Positions 8,809 to 18,821 of a DNA stretch of 64,000 nt are shown piece by piece. Source of the DNA: Bacteroidia bacterium (GTDB lineage Bacteria; Bacteroidota; Bacteroidia; Flavobacteriales_D; Parvicellaceae). The notes below the pieces were generated by a model. The model worked only from the letters and a program-made list of their open reading frames with translations. It searched no databases and had not been told where the DNA came from. Positions within the stretch are counted from its first letter, which is position 1, and every line of letters begins with the position of its first letter. The stretch covers positions 67,651 through 131,650 of the forward strand of contig JAUHZI010000002.1 of NCBI GenBank assembly GCA_030426105.1, written 5' to 3'. The position numbers and the translations under genes were made by a program.

Positions 8809-10299
8809 TTATTTTGCTTTAGAACTAATAAAGAAAAGCCCTATAAATGCTAGTAATGCATTGTATATAATAATCTCAAATCCAAATTTATAAGCGCCAA
8901 AAATACCTAACTCTCCTTTAGGAACACCAGGAGCTCCAGTTGAGTAATACCAAAAAAGAGCAATTATTGCTGGTACAAGAATGCTTATTATTGGGACAAA
9001 GTTGTCTTTCAATTGACGTTTGGTAAGAATTCCAAAAAAGAACAGCCCAATTAAAGGTCCATAGGTAAAGCCAGCTAATTTCATGAGAAGGCTAATCGCA
9101 GAATCTTCAGTAGTGTATTTTAGAAGAATTACAACCAATACAATAACTGCTGACATCATAATATGAACATTCTTTCTTGTTTTTTCTGCTAATGTTGGTT
9201 GCTTTTTTTCTATGTCTAAAAAGTCAACTGAAAAAGAAGTAGTTAATGATGTTAGAGCAGAATCTGCACTACTATATGCTGCAGCAATAACACCTAAAAG
9301 AAATAAAACACCAATCATAGTTCCAGTATTGGGATGTAATGCTATTTCAGAGAACAACATATCTGAATCTACTTTAGCTCCTATTCCTGTTTTGCTAGAA
9401 TATAGAAATAGAAGAGCTCCAAGTGATAGAAAAACGAGATTTACAATAATTAACACACTTGCCATCGAAAGCATATTTTTTTGAGCCTCTTTTGTGTTTT
9501 TACAACTTAAATTCTTTTGCATCATATCTTGATCTAAACCTGTCATTCCTATGGTAATAAACATACCACCGATAAAATGTTTAAGAAAGTGATTGCTGCT
9601 GTTGATATCTTCAAAGAAAAAGAGTTTTGAATATGGACTGTCTTGAATTGTTTTTACCAGCCCACCTGTTTCGGAGACAAGAAGTAAGTCACTTAACATA
9701 TATATGGTTAAGAAAACAGAGCCAAGCATAAAAGCAGTCTGTAGTGTGTCGGTCCAAATAATGGTTTTAATTCCTCCTCGGTTAGTATATACCCATATTA
9801 ATAATACAGCAATGATTACGGTAATTACAAAAGGAATGTTCCAAGCATCGAAAAGAATTTTTTGCAAAACATTAGCGACTAATAATAGGCGAACTGAGGC
9901 TCCGATTAATCTAGAAATTAAAAAGAAAAAAGCACCCGTTTTGTAGCTCCAAAATCCAAATCTTTGTTCCAAATAACCATAGATAGAAGTTAGGTTCATT
10001 CGATAATAGAGAGGGAGGAGCACTAAAGCGACGACAACATATCCAAAGAAAAACCCGAATACAGCTTGCATATAACTAAATTGATTTGCCTCATTTCCTA
10101 CCCAACCTGGTACGGAAAGAAAAGTAACACCAGATAGTGAGGCACCAATCATCCCAAATGCAACAATATACCAAGGAGACTTTCGCTCTCCTAAGAAGAA
10201 AGAGGCATTATTTGTTGCTCCCTTTGAGGTAAAATGGGCAATCCCGATTAATACTAGAAAGTAAACCGCAATAACGGAAACAATTAAAAATGATGACAT
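8809..10299 (-). CDS. sodium:solute symporter (SSF) family transporter
   Basis: 496 aa with about 13 hydrophobic segments and a typical SSS N-terminal pattern (FFLGERKSPWYIVAFGMIGASLSGVTFLSVPG). Confidence 0.8.
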   Translation of the reverse strand: MSSFLIVSVIAVYFLVLIGIAHFTSKGATNNASFFLGERKSPWYIVAFGMIGASLSGVTFLSVPGWVGNEANQFSYMQAVFGFFFGYVVVALVLLPLYYRMNLTSIYGYLEQRFGFWSYKTGAFFFLISRLIGASVRLLLVANVLQKILFDAWNIPFVITVIIAVLLIWVYTNRGGIKTIIWTDTLQTAFMLGSVFLTIYMLSDLLLVSETGGLVKTIQDSPYSKLFFFEDINSSNHFLKHFIGGMFITIGMTGLDQDMMQKNLSCKNTKEAQKNMLSMASVLIIVNLVFLSLGALLFLYSSKTGIGAKVDSDMLFSEIALHPNTGTMIGVLFLLGVIAAAYSSADSALTSLTTSFSVDFLDIEKKQPTLAEKTRKNVHIMMSAVIVLVVILLKYTTEDSAISLLMKLAGFTYGPLIGLFFFGILTKRQLKDNFVPIISILVPAIIALFWYYSTGAPGVPKGELGIFGAYKFGFEIIIYNALLAFIGLFFISSKAK

Positions 10300-10385
10300 G
10301 TTTTATTTATTTAGAAAGTGAAGATAAAATAAATCTTTAATATCTGATTTTATGATAAGCTTTAGTTCACAAAATCCTGTAAACA

Positions 10386-10422
10386 AAAAAGCTTTTCATA
10401 CTGTTTGTAGGAAAAGCTTTTT
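10386..10422 (-). terminator. rho-independent terminator of the aminopeptidase gene
   Basis: 12-bp stem AAAAAGCTTTTC / GAAAAGCTTTTT. On the minus strand it is followed by a T-run. Confidence 0.75.
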
Positions 10423-10442
10423 CATTTCTTAGGGTAGATGGT

Positions 10443-13109
10443 TTATTTAATCCCCAAATACTTTTTTACATTACTATCAGTCTCGTTTTGTTTTAAAGCA
10501 TTTATAATAGTGCTAATTTCCGATATTTTAGTTTTACAGTAATTCAATTCTTTTTGAGCTTCAGCAGCTTTCATACTATTTCCCTCTGCTTCAAAACTAC
10601 TAATAGTTGTTTCTAATGTAGAAGTTTCCTTTGTGTAATGGTTTTGTAGCCCGCTGAGTAGCTGGTAACCAGATAGTTTTACAAACCACATACTTTCATT
10701 TTCAGCAATATCTTTAAATACAGGAATTCCCTTAGCAATTGTCTGATTGTCTTGATTCATAAGGTACTTATTGTAGTTTTGAACAAAACCATATTTGTTC
10801 ATAGAGCTCAACTCAGAGATGTTTTTGGTAAAAAAGTCATGTTCTTCAGGGGTTCCATTTTCAGCATAAATCTCAGCAATTATGTTGTTGACTTTAGCAC
10901 TTTCAACATTTTCGTTAGCTTTTGCTAACTTCATTCCTTTCTTCTCATCTAATGAAGCTAGAGCTTTAATCGAATTTCCTAAAACAGTATAAGATTGATC
11001 TTTAGTTCCAGATTCATATACTGCAACTAAGCTTTTATCTTCTTTAAAATATTTGCTTAAATATTTAATCGCTTGGGCTCTTTCTTTCGGATGCTTTCCA
11101 AACTTAGCAATATTCGTTAGTTTAGATTTAACTTCATTTGGGTAAGCTTCTACAGCTTTTCTTAATTTAGCCATTGCCATCGTTTTTACGTTCCAAAATG
11201 GATGATCTAATGCTTTAATTACTGCTTTTATAGCATTTTCATTGCTGCTGTTTCCAATTTTTGCTAAAGCTTCTTTTTTGTCTAACCATAAAGGAGCATT
11301 ATTCAGTTGATAAATCCATTGTTCAATAGACTTTTTATCAACTTTTTTAGCAAGTAGCGTTTTAGTAGCATCAATATTGACTAATAAAGGAGTTTCTTCA
11401 ATACCTTTAATGGTTACTTTTTCTTCCACCTCGTCAGTCCAAATTAATTCTCTTTGAACACCTTTAGAAGTGTAAATGTCAACCATGATAGGTAGCTTAT
11501 ACAATGGCCATTTATCAAAGTTTTGTTTTTGAGTAATTGTAATTTCTAATTCTTTAGTTGTAGTGTTATAGTTTTGTTCAAACCTAACCATTGGATGCCC
11601 ACTGGCTAAGAACCATTGATTAAAAAACCAGTTTAAGTCTTCTCCTGTAACTTGCTCAAAAGCCATTCTCAAGTGAGATATTTCTGTGTTCTTGTATGCA
11701 TTTTCAGTTAGATATAACTTCAATGCAGCAAAAAAGGCTTCATCTCCAACATAAGTTCTTAGCATGTTTAGAATACGTCCACCTTTGTTATAAGAATGTC
11801 CGTCAAACATATCTTCTTTATTTTTATAATCGTAACGAATCATATCAACATGCCCGCCTTGTTGAGCAGAAAGGAAATAACCTTCCATTTCACCATAGGC
11901 ATTCATATCTGCTTCCATCCTTCCGTATTTATGTTCATCCCATAAAAACTGACTATAGTTAGCAAAAGATTCATTTAAAGGTAGGTTAGCCCAACTTTCA
12001 CAGGTAACTAAGTCTCCAAACCAGTGGTGAAAAAGCTCATGAGCAATAATAGATTCGTTTCCTCCATCAATTAATTCTCTAGTTGTTTGATAAAGAAAAT
12101 CTCCATGAATCGTTGCAGAAGTGTTTTCCATAGCTCCTGAAACATAGTCTCGTACAACCACTTGGCTATATTTAGCCCAAGGGTATTCAACACCTAACAG
12201 GTCAGAGAAATATTGTAGCATCCTAGGTGTTTCTCCAAATATAGCTTTGGCATGTGGCTCATATTTTTTTTCTACATAATAATTAACCTCCAACTCTGTT
12301 CCATCTTTTTTTACCCATTTATCAGAAACAATAGAAAATTCTCCTACGGTCATCATAAATAAATAAGTAGAGTGCGGTTTATCCATTACCCAGTGGTCTA
12401 CTCGCATATCATTGTCAAGATATTTCGCATCCGCTAAATATCCATTAGATAGTGTTTGAAATTTATTCTGAACTGTCATATAAATTTCATGTGTTGTTTT
12501 TTCTGTTGGATCATCAATAGTAGGAAACCAAACTGAACTAGCCTCAGTTTCTCCTTGAGTCCAAATTTCTTGGTGCTTATTTGGGTTAGAACCATCGTGA
12601 TTAATGAAATAAAGTCCTTTAGCACTTGTGATAGCAGAGCTACCAGATTGGCTTACTTTTTCTGGGTTAGCAGTATATTCTATTATAACATTATATTGTT
12701 CTTGAGCAGTATATTTTTTAGGCAGTTTAATGCTTAAGAAAGCACCGTCATGTTTGTATACGATAGGACTATCATTACCTTCAATTTTAACAGTATGTAT
12801 GTCCATTGCTTTAGCATCCAGAATTAAACTGTCAGTGGCGTAGAAATAAGGTTTAGCGGTGATAATAGCTTTTCCATTGAGTTGTCTGTTAGTCCAATCA
12901 AAACTAACATGAAGTATCGTATGCAAGATATCAGTCTTTCTTGTTTCAGAAGCATTATAACGTTTTCTAACTACAGGTTCCTGTGGTTCGCTTTCAGTTT
13001 CTTGAATGCTTGGAACTTCTACAACTGTTTCTTGGATTTGTTTTTTAGGACTACAAGAAACGATTAAGTAACTTAAACCAATAATTGGTATAAATAATGT
13101 CTTTTTCAT
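10443..13109 (-). CDS. pepN: M1-family zinc aminopeptidase (aminopeptidase N-like) with a C-terminal helical-repeat region
   Basis: GAMEN motif (VSGAMENTS) and HELFHHWFGD...E zinc site. Lipoprotein-type signal MKKTLFIPIIGLSYLIVSC. The start was moved to this Met. Confidence 0.9.
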   Translation of the reverse strand: MKKTLFIPIIGLSYLIVSCSPKKQIQETVVEVPSIQETESEPQEPVVRKRYNASETRKTDILHTILHVSFDWTNRQLNGKAIITAKPYFYATDSLILDAKAMDIHTVKIEGNDSPIVYKHDGAFLSIKLPKKYTAQEQYNVIIEYTANPEKVSQSGSSAITSAKGLYFINHDGSNPNKHQEIWTQGETEASSVWFPTIDDPTEKTTHEIYMTVQNKFQTLSNGYLADAKYLDNDMRVDHWVMDKPHSTYLFMMTVGEFSIVSDKWVKKDGTELEVNYYVEKKYEPHAKAIFGETPRMLQYFSDLLGVEYPWAKYSQVVVRDYVSGAMENTSATIHGDFLYQTTRELIDGGNESIIAHELFHHWFGDLVTCESWANLPLNESFANYSQFLWDEHKYGRMEADMNAYGEMEGYFLSAQQGGHVDMIRYDYKNKEDMFDGHSYNKGGRILNMLRTYVGDEAFFAALKLYLTENAYKNTEISHLRMAFEQVTGEDLNWFFNQWFLASGHPMVRFEQNYNTTTKELEITITQKQNFDKWPLYKLPIMVDIYTSKGVQRELIWTDEVEEKVTIKGIEETPLLVNIDATKTLLAKKVDKKSIEQWIYQLNNAPLWLDKKEALAKIGNSSNENAIKAVIKALDHPFWNVKTMAMAKLRKAVEAYPNEVKSKLTNIAKFGKHPKERAQAIKYLSKYFKEDKSLVAVYESGTKDQSYTVLGNSIKALASLDEKKGMKLAKANENVESAKVNNIIAEIYAENGTPEEHDFFTKNISELSSMNKYGFVQNYNKYLMNQDNQTIAKGIPVFKDIAENESMWFVKLSGYQLLSGLQNHYTKETSTLETTISSFEAEGNSMKAAEAQKELNYCKTKISEISTIINALKQNETDSNVKKYLGIK

Positions 13110-13192
13110 AAGAATTAGTTTAAAAAGATGATAAATTTCCATCTCTAGGCTACAAAGGTTAAAAAAAACAAAAGATAAGCCAACAAGGTTGT

Positions 13193-13200
13193 TATGTTTG
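13193..13200 (+). promoter_or_regulatory. candidate -7 box (TATGTTTG)
   Basis: Exact TAnnTTTG match 44 nt upstream of the ATG at 13244. Confidence 0.45.
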
Positions 13201-13243
13201 GTAGATTTATTAATTTTAGCGTACTAAAAACTAATTAAACGGT

Positions 13244-13738
13244 ATGAAGGCTAAAATTAATAAAACAGAAGAATTTACTTTTAAACCAGAGATGGAATCG
13301 CCTCTAAAAGGAGAGGACTTCGCTATAGAAGTAGTGGATAAAGCAGAAAATGAATTGAGGATTGTTCATAATGGGAAGAAGTATAATGCACGATTACTGA
13401 AGTTAGATCAAGAGAAAAAGGAAGTGCTACTTAAAGTGAATGGGAATCGTTTTATGGTAGAGTTGGCTGATGAATATGATGAGTTACTTAAGTCTATGGG
13501 AATGGGAGCAGGTGCAGTTCAAAAAGTTAATGAGCTAAAAGCTCCTATGCCAGGAGTTGTATTTGATGTAAAGGTTAGTGTTGGAGATGAGATAAAGAAA
13601 GATGATCCTATTCTAGTATTAGAAGCTATGAAGATGGAAAATATATTAAAATCACCAATTGATGCAGTGATTAAGAATATTGCAGTAGAAAAAGGAGATA
13701 CTGTTGAGAAGAATAGAATTTTAGTAGAGTTTGAATAA
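13244..13738 (+). CDS. biotin carboxyl carrier / biotinyl-domain protein
   Basis: The C-terminal biotinyl domain carries the EAMKMEN biotinylation motif. No carboxylase subunit gene is adjacent. Confidence 0.85.
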   Translation: MKAKINKTEEFTFKPEMESPLKGEDFAIEVVDKAENELRIVHNGKKYNARLLKLDQEKKEVLLKVNGNRFMVELADEYDELLKSMGMGAGAVQKVNELKAPMPGVVFDVKVSVGDEIKKDDPILVLEAMKMENILKSPIDAVIKNIAVEKGDTVEKNRILVEFE

Positions 13739-13758
13739 AAAACAAAAACACAATAAAT

Positions 13759-14421
13759 ATGAAAAAGATTTTTTTTAGTATCGCAATGATTGGTTCTGTT
13801 GCTTTTTTCTCTTCTTGTGGGAATGAGGAACATGCTCCAGAGGAAACACACGAAGGAACAGAAATAGCAAAAGAGCAGGGAGAAGTATGTACGTTTTCTG
13901 TTGATCCTTCAACTGTCCAGCTTGAGTGGACCTCATACAAACACAATGAAAGAACGCCCGTGGGTGGAGTTTTTGATATGATGGAGTTAAATAATACAGT
14001 AGTAGCTGAAAATGCTGTAGAAACTTTTAAGAATGCTACTATTTCAATAAATACAAGAACGGTAAACTCTGATAATGCAGTTCGTGATGAAAAAATTAAG
14101 AATAGCTTTTTTGGAACGATGGATAAGACCGATTTTCTTACTGGAAAAATTATTGATGTTCAAGGAGAGGAGCATGGACATGCTGTTGTAAGAATTACAA
14201 TGAATGGAGTCGAAAAAGATCAAGAGTTTGCTTGGAAAATAGAAGAGGGAAAAGTTGCCTTTAAATCGGAGTTAAATGTTGAAGATTGGAATGCTGTTCC
14301 ATCATTAGATTCTTTAAATTTAGTGTGTGAAGATTTACATAAAGGAGCTGACGGAGTGAGTAAACTTTGGGCTACTGTTGAGGTTAATATTACAGCAGAT
14401 ATCAATAAAGAATGTAAATAG
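13759..14421 (+). CDS. YceI-like lipoprotein
   Basis: Lipobox FFSSC. INTRTVNSDNAVRDEKIKNSFF matches the YceI core pattern (S-x-x-T-x-x-x-x-RD-x-x-x-x-x-x-FF). Confidence 0.65.
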   Translation: MKKIFFSIAMIGSVAFFSSCGNEEHAPEETHEGTEIAKEQGEVCTFSVDPSTVQLEWTSYKHNERTPVGGVFDMMELNNTVVAENAVETFKNATISINTRTVNSDNAVRDEKIKNSFFGTMDKTDFLTGKIIDVQGEEHGHAVVRITMNGVEKDQEFAWKIEEGKVAFKSELNVEDWNAVPSLDSLNLVCEDLHKGADGVSKLWATVEVNITADINKECK

Positions 14422-14445
14422 GACCATAGTCGTTTTTATAAAATA

Positions 14446-14479
14446 AAAAAGGAGGTTATTTTTAGATAACCTCCTTTTT
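14446..14479. terminator. bidirectional rho-independent terminator
   Basis: Perfect 14-bp stem AAAAAGGAGGTTAT / ATAACCTCCTTTTT with a 6-nt loop, between convergent genes. Confidence 0.8.
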
Positions 14480-14497
14480 CGTTGGGTATAATTATAA

Positions 14498-16447
14498 TTA
14501 TTCGATAATCAATTGCTTAATAGTTGAAGAGTTAGTTGTAGCTAAACTTACAACATAGCTTCCTTTATTTAAGTGTGATAAATCAATAGTTTGTGTATTG
14601 TTGATTAACGTGCTATAAACAATAGAACCTACCAAGTTATATACCGTTACAGTCGTATTATTCTCAATGTTTGAGAATTGCACCATACCATCTTGCGTTG
14701 GGTTAGGGAACATTATAATATTTGACTGGTTATACTCAGAAACAGATAAGCAGTTTTCTACAACAACTGTAAGTGTTGAATCATCTGTTTGAGTTCCTGT
14801 GATAGCATCGTCAGTAACTGTTAAGGTAACAGTGTATGTTCCTGCATTAGAATAAGTATGTGATGGATTAGCTAATGTAGAGGTGTTTCCATCACCAAAA
14901 TCCCAATTGTAAGTATAAGGTGCAACTCCACCTGTGCTTGATTCAGAAAAGTTAAATGTTGGTGTTTGAATACATACAGTATCATTGTCTACTGAAGGAA
15001 TAGCAACTAATGTAGTTGTAGTTGAGCATCCGTCTGTAGTATGAGTACCTAAGTGAGAAAAATCATTTTGACTGTATGCAATCCATTGTGTGTCTCCAAT
15101 TCCAGTCCATAAATTAGTTCCGCTAACAACCGAAGCTTTTCTAACTAATGTATATTCTTTAGTAGCTCCAGTATCAACACTCCATGACGAACCTGGGTCT
15201 TCACCAATTAAACCAATAACATCAACAACTGTAGTTCCATTAAATAATGCTAAAGCATCATCACCATTGTAGTATGTAGTTGAGTGCAACGTATCTGAAA
15301 GTGCTCTAATGTTTGCAGAATCAGCACTTGGACTAGCTACAATATAAACGTCATTAGCATTTAACGTACCAGTTAGCATTAGTGTGTCATCTGCTAATGT
15401 TTCCCCATTTTTATAAAGATAAACAGTATAGCTTGATAAGTCTATAGCTTGTGAAGTTGGGTTGTAAATTTCAAAAGCTTTGTTACTTGAAGTTCCTTCT
15501 ATATATTCTGAAAAATAAAGCTCAGAGCATCCTGGAATCACAGCTTCGTCATTGTCAGCGATGCTAACCTCATACATTGAATTAGGACCAGGGACAGCAT
15601 TGTTTGTAAAGTTTTGTAACGCTAACATTAATAGTTCTGTAGACTCAGCATTACTATCATCATTAATTGTTATAGTAACTGATTGGTTTGTCGTACTATT
15701 AGCTGGGAAAGTAATCGTTGTAGGGTTAGTATAAGTATAGTCTCCAGCTGTAACGTTAGAAGAAGCATTCACAGCAACATCAACACTTGTAGGCATTGCA
15801 CTCGGGTTAGTCAAAGTTAAGTTTACAGTTACTGTTCCTACAGCTTCATTTACCGAAATAGAAGTTCCGTCAAATGAGATAATAGGGTCAGTACTACAAG
15901 CAATTCCATCATCTCCACCAGGAGAACATTTTAGCTCAAATCCAGAAATTGTGATTCCTGTACTTACAGCTCCTGCAAACCAGTTTGATGCATCACTATT
16001 ATCTGATGAATAATCACAAAGTGTTAATGAAGGACCATCTCCATCTGGAGAGGTTTGCCATGGAGCATTATCATCATAGTCTACTGAGTCTTGAGTTGCT
16101 CCTGTCCCATCTACAATAACAATATCTTCACCACTATTTGACAGACCTCCTGAAGTCCACTCGTATGATGCTATTCCAAAAGTATTTTGCATAGCTAAAG
16201 AGTCAATAGAAACAACTAAGTAGTTACCAGCTGTTAAAGAAACAGAAGGAAAGGTATAGGTAACACCTTGAGTAAAAGACCATCCCGTTAAGTCTACAGT
16301 GGAAGATCCATTGTTGTATAGCTCAATAAATTCAAGAGAGTCAGTACCTGGACTGTTGTACATAATTTCTGAAATGACAATGTCATTTTGTGCCATTGCA
16401 AAACTAGACAAAGCTAATGTAGCTAAAGAAAGTAAAGTTTTTTTCAT
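14498..16447 (-). CDS. T9SS-secreted multidomain protein: 2x lamin-tail domain (LTD), Calx-beta-like domain, PKD domain, C-terminal sorting domain
   Basis: LTD-like segments IVISEIMYNSPGTDSLEFIELYN and LYFSEYIEGTSSNKAFEIYNP. PKD signature YNWDFGDGNTS...HTYSNAGTYTVTLTVTD. CTD FPNPTQDGMVQF...GSYVVSL...KQLIIE. Confidence 0.8.
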   Translation of the reverse strand: MKKTLLSLATLALSSFAMAQNDIVISEIMYNSPGTDSLEFIELYNNGSSTVDLTGWSFTQGVTYTFPSVSLTAGNYLVVSIDSLAMQNTFGIASYEWTSGGLSNSGEDIVIVDGTGATQDSVDYDDNAPWQTSPDGDGPSLTLCDYSSDNSDASNWFAGAVSTGITISGFELKCSPGGDDGIACSTDPIISFDGTSISVNEAVGTVTVNLTLTNPSAMPTSVDVAVNASSNVTAGDYTYTNPTTITFPANSTTNQSVTITINDDSNAESTELLMLALQNFTNNAVPGPNSMYEVSIADNDEAVIPGCSELYFSEYIEGTSSNKAFEIYNPTSQAIDLSSYTVYLYKNGETLADDTLMLTGTLNANDVYIVASPSADSANIRALSDTLHSTTYYNGDDALALFNGTTVVDVIGLIGEDPGSSWSVDTGATKEYTLVRKASVVSGTNLWTGIGDTQWIAYSQNDFSHLGTHTTDGCSTTTTLVAIPSVDNDTVCIQTPTFNFSESSTGGVAPYTYNWDFGDGNTSTLANPSHTYSNAGTYTVTLTVTDDAITGTQTDDSTLTVVVENCLSVSEYNQSNIIMFPNPTQDGMVQFSNIENNTTVTVYNLVGSIVYSTLINNTQTIDLSHLNKGSYVVSLATTNSSTIKQLIIE

Positions 16448-16469
16448 TTTTTTTAGTTTAAATTTTCGA

Positions 16470-16477
16470 CAAAGGTA
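16470..16477 (-). promoter_or_regulatory. candidate -7 box (TACCTTTG on the minus strand)
   Basis: The plus-strand CAAAGGTA lies 23 nt upstream of the minus-strand ATG at 16447. Confidence 0.45.
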
Positions 16478-16631
16478 ATTGTTGAAAATATAGAAAAGAA
16501 AGAAAATAGCTAGAGAACAAAGTTATTAAGGAAATAATAATATTAATTTAATACAGGTAACATTAAATTAATATGGACTTATTGTTCAATGCTTATATCT
16601 TAGGGTAATGTTTTTATATTAGTGGATCAAA

Positions 16632-17135
16632 CTAATATTTTTTAGTTTTGGCATAGTTTAGAGTTGCTCTTACTATTTTACCTTTCATCATCTGCAGGTA
16701 AGCTTCATCCCACATCATCTTATCTGTTACAAAATCATAGTGTGCGTAGCCTATAGGTTCTTTTTTTAGGAAGTCAACATTTAAGTCGTCTTTTTGATGA
16801 AATAGCCCAATGTCAATTTTTAACTTGGTGTTTTTATTATATTTTTTAGGAGCTTCTTTGGTGTTTAAAACGATAAATTTCGTAACATATTGAGGCTTTT
16901 TAAACTCAACTTTATAAACGTGTCCAGTGTCCAAGTTTAGTTTATATCTACCATTTGTCAACGTTACAGAATCTACTTTTTGGTCATCCCTATATAAAAT
17001 TACAGTAGTATTTTTTAGCCGTTTTCGCATTTTTTCAACAGATGTAATTTTTACATCAAGTTGTGTTTTTGTTTCCTGCGAAAAAAAAGAAGCATAGCAA
17101 GAGAGTAGAAATATGAAGAGAAGTGTTTTATTCAC
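16632..17135 (-). CDS. exported protein with a carboxypeptidase-regulatory-like beta-sandwich pattern, unknown function
   Basis: 167 aa with signal peptide MNKTLLFIFLLSCYASFFSQ. It overlaps the upstream gene by 8 nt. The fold guess is tentative. Confidence 0.6.
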   Translation of the reverse strand: MNKTLLFIFLLSCYASFFSQETKTQLDVKITSVEKMRKRLKNTTVILYRDDQKVDSVTLTNGRYKLNLDTGHVYKVEFKKPQYVTKFIVLNTKEAPKKYNKNTKLKIDIGLFHQKDDLNVDFLKKEPIGYAHYDFVTDKMMWDEAYLQMMKGKIVRATLNYAKTKKY

Positions 17136-17805
17136 TTTTGATATTGGCTAAATGTTTAACAGTAGTTTGCTCAGTTAAGATAATGTCTAATTGTAATTTT
17201 GATAAATAGGTAATAACTCCAGCAAGAGGTTTTTCTCTAAAGTTAGAGCGTGTCCAGTTGTAATAACCTCCATTGCTTAAGTCAATAAATGCAGGAAAGC
17301 TTTTGAGTCGAAAACAGTTTTTAGAAATAAAAGCATTGTAAGCTTCTATTTCCTGTTTTAAATCATATGCGGATAATTTTCCTTTTAATTCTTTTTCCCC
17401 TTCTTTTCCTAGTAAAACTTCTCCAGGGGTATAATAATCATCAAAGTGTTTAAGATATTTCAAGCTAATAATCGTATCGTTTTCAACAATTGCTTCTTTG
17501 TCTAATCCTTCCGTTTTTATAATTAATAAGACTTTAACGCGGTTAATATAATTGATTAGATTCGCTGATTTTAATCTCAAAGAATCAGAAAGTTGAACAA
17601 TGATAGAGTCATTGCCTTGTTTTTTTATAAGGTCGAAGTACAGTGTGCTAGTCTCCTTGGTAAGTAAATTTCTGGTTGATTCTAAGCCATCATTTACAAT
17701 AGTAAAAGAACTATAAATTTTCTCCTTTGATCCACTTTGGGTATGTCCCAAGAAAGCAAAGGTGAAGAGTAAAACCAAGGTGACTATGAAGTGCTTTTGA
17801 TGCAT
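17128..17805 (-). CDS. membrane-anchored/exported protein resembling the GldM/PorM N-terminal domain (tentative)
   Basis: 225 aa with a hydrophobic N-terminus (FIVTLVLLFTFAFLG). The helical region ends YNWTRSNFREKPLAGVITYLSKLQLDIILTEQ, reminiscent of the end of GldM_N. It overlaps the upstream gene by 1 nt. Confidence 0.6.
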   Translation of the reverse strand: MHQKHFIVTLVLLFTFAFLGHTQSGSKEKIYSSFTIVNDGLESTRNLLTKETSTLYFDLIKKQGNDSIIVQLSDSLRLKSANLINYINRVKVLLIIKTEGLDKEAIVENDTIISLKYLKHFDDYYTPGEVLLGKEGEKELKGKLSAYDLKQEIEAYNAFISKNCFRLKSFPAFIDLSNGGYYNWTRSNFREKPLAGVITYLSKLQLDIILTEQTTVKHLANIKSE

Positions 17806-18188
17806 TATTTCCTTTTAATTAATTGTGTAATACCTTCTAATACGACATTAACAGATGTCTTTCTAATTGTTCGCATTGTTTTAAATGCTGTGGTATTTTT
17901 AAGTAAAGGATCAATTTTAACACCTTCTTCCAAAAGTTGTAGCCATAATTCAGTAAAACTTTTGTTCTCTTTTTCTGCTCTTTCATGTAAGTATTTTGCA
18001 ATATCTTCCAAAGACTTTTTATTCGTCGAAAAAGATTTTGATTGAGTGGGCTTAGGTACATCAACAAGATTGTTTGGTGCCCTTGAAATAAAGTCCTCTT
18101 TAGATTTTACATTGCCTAAATCTATCTCATTAGGGTTTTGATTTAAGAATTCGGATAAATCTGATAATGTATTGTTTTTTCGTCCCAT
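17805..18188 (-). CDS. small charged soluble protein, unknown function (possible ParA partner)
   Basis: 127 aa, 9 nt downstream of the ParA-like gene. I recognise no motif. Confidence 0.55.
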   Translation of the reverse strand: MGRKNNTLSDLSEFLNQNPNEIDLGNVKSKEDFISRAPNNLVDVPKPTQSKSFSTNKKSLEDIAKYLHERAEKENKSFTELWLQLLEEGVKIDPLLKNTTAFKTMRTIRKTSVNVVLEGITQLIKRK

Positions 18189-18197
18189 TATTTTCTA

Positions 18198-18821
18198 TTA
18201 AAGTTGTTTAATAATCTGATTGGCTACATTAAGGTATTTTTTTTCAGCCGTAATTGTACTTGGAGAAGTGTAAATTTTACGTTGAGGAACGTAAGTGTCA
18301 ATGATTTCTGCTTCCAAATTCTTTAAGACTTCCTTAACTGTTTTTAAACGTGTATGCGAGTGAATACGATTAGGTAAAATACAAAGTTTCAATTGTCGAT
18401 TAATTTCTTTTGCAGGAAGTAAGTCTTTAACAGTTTGATAGGTTACTAATAAATCGTTTTGTGTTAAACTAGTCGTAATAACAACCATGTCGCTTTCTAG
18501 GCAAAGTTCTCTAATTCCTTGATCAGTAGTTTTTCCTGCACTATCAACAATAATGATATCAAACGATTTCTTCGTTCTCAATGCTTTGATTTCCTCTGCT
18601 ATTCTATGATCTTCTGAGGCCAATATTGGGAAGTGTTGATCTTCTTTTTCCTTTCGTTTAAAAAGCTCTAGTTTTCGAGAGGAAATCAGCGTGTAGTTGG
18701 TATCGGTTTCCACTAGTAATACCGAATATCCAATTTTATTTAGAGAAGTTGCAAGGTTGATAGCATTGGTAGTTTTGCCAGAGCCACCTTTTCGGCTTAT
18801 AAAAGAAATTACTTTTGTCAT
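18198..18821 (-). CDS. small ParA/ParF (MinD/Soj superfamily) P-loop ATPase
   Basis: Deviant Walker A SRKGGSGKTT and Walker B-like IIIVDSAG. About 207 aa from the ATG at 18821; the ORF-track start at 18869 is less likely. Confidence 0.8.
   Translation of the reverse strand: MTKVISFISRKGGSGKTTNAINLATSLNKIGYSVLLVETDTNYTLISSRKLELFKRKEKEDQHFPILASEDHRIAEEIKALRTKKSFDIIIVDSAGKTTDQGIRELCLESDMVVITTSLTQNDLLVTYQTVKDLLPAKEINRQLKLCILPNRIHSHTRLKTVKEVLKNLEAEIIDTYVPQRKIYTSPSTITAEKKYLNVANQIIKQL

Noticed and set aside
13519-13946. Two minus-strand ORFs (110 and 91 aa) across the BCCP/YceI junction
   Set aside because: They are antisense to two motif-supported plus-strand genes and run through their intergenic region. 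They are shadow ORFs.
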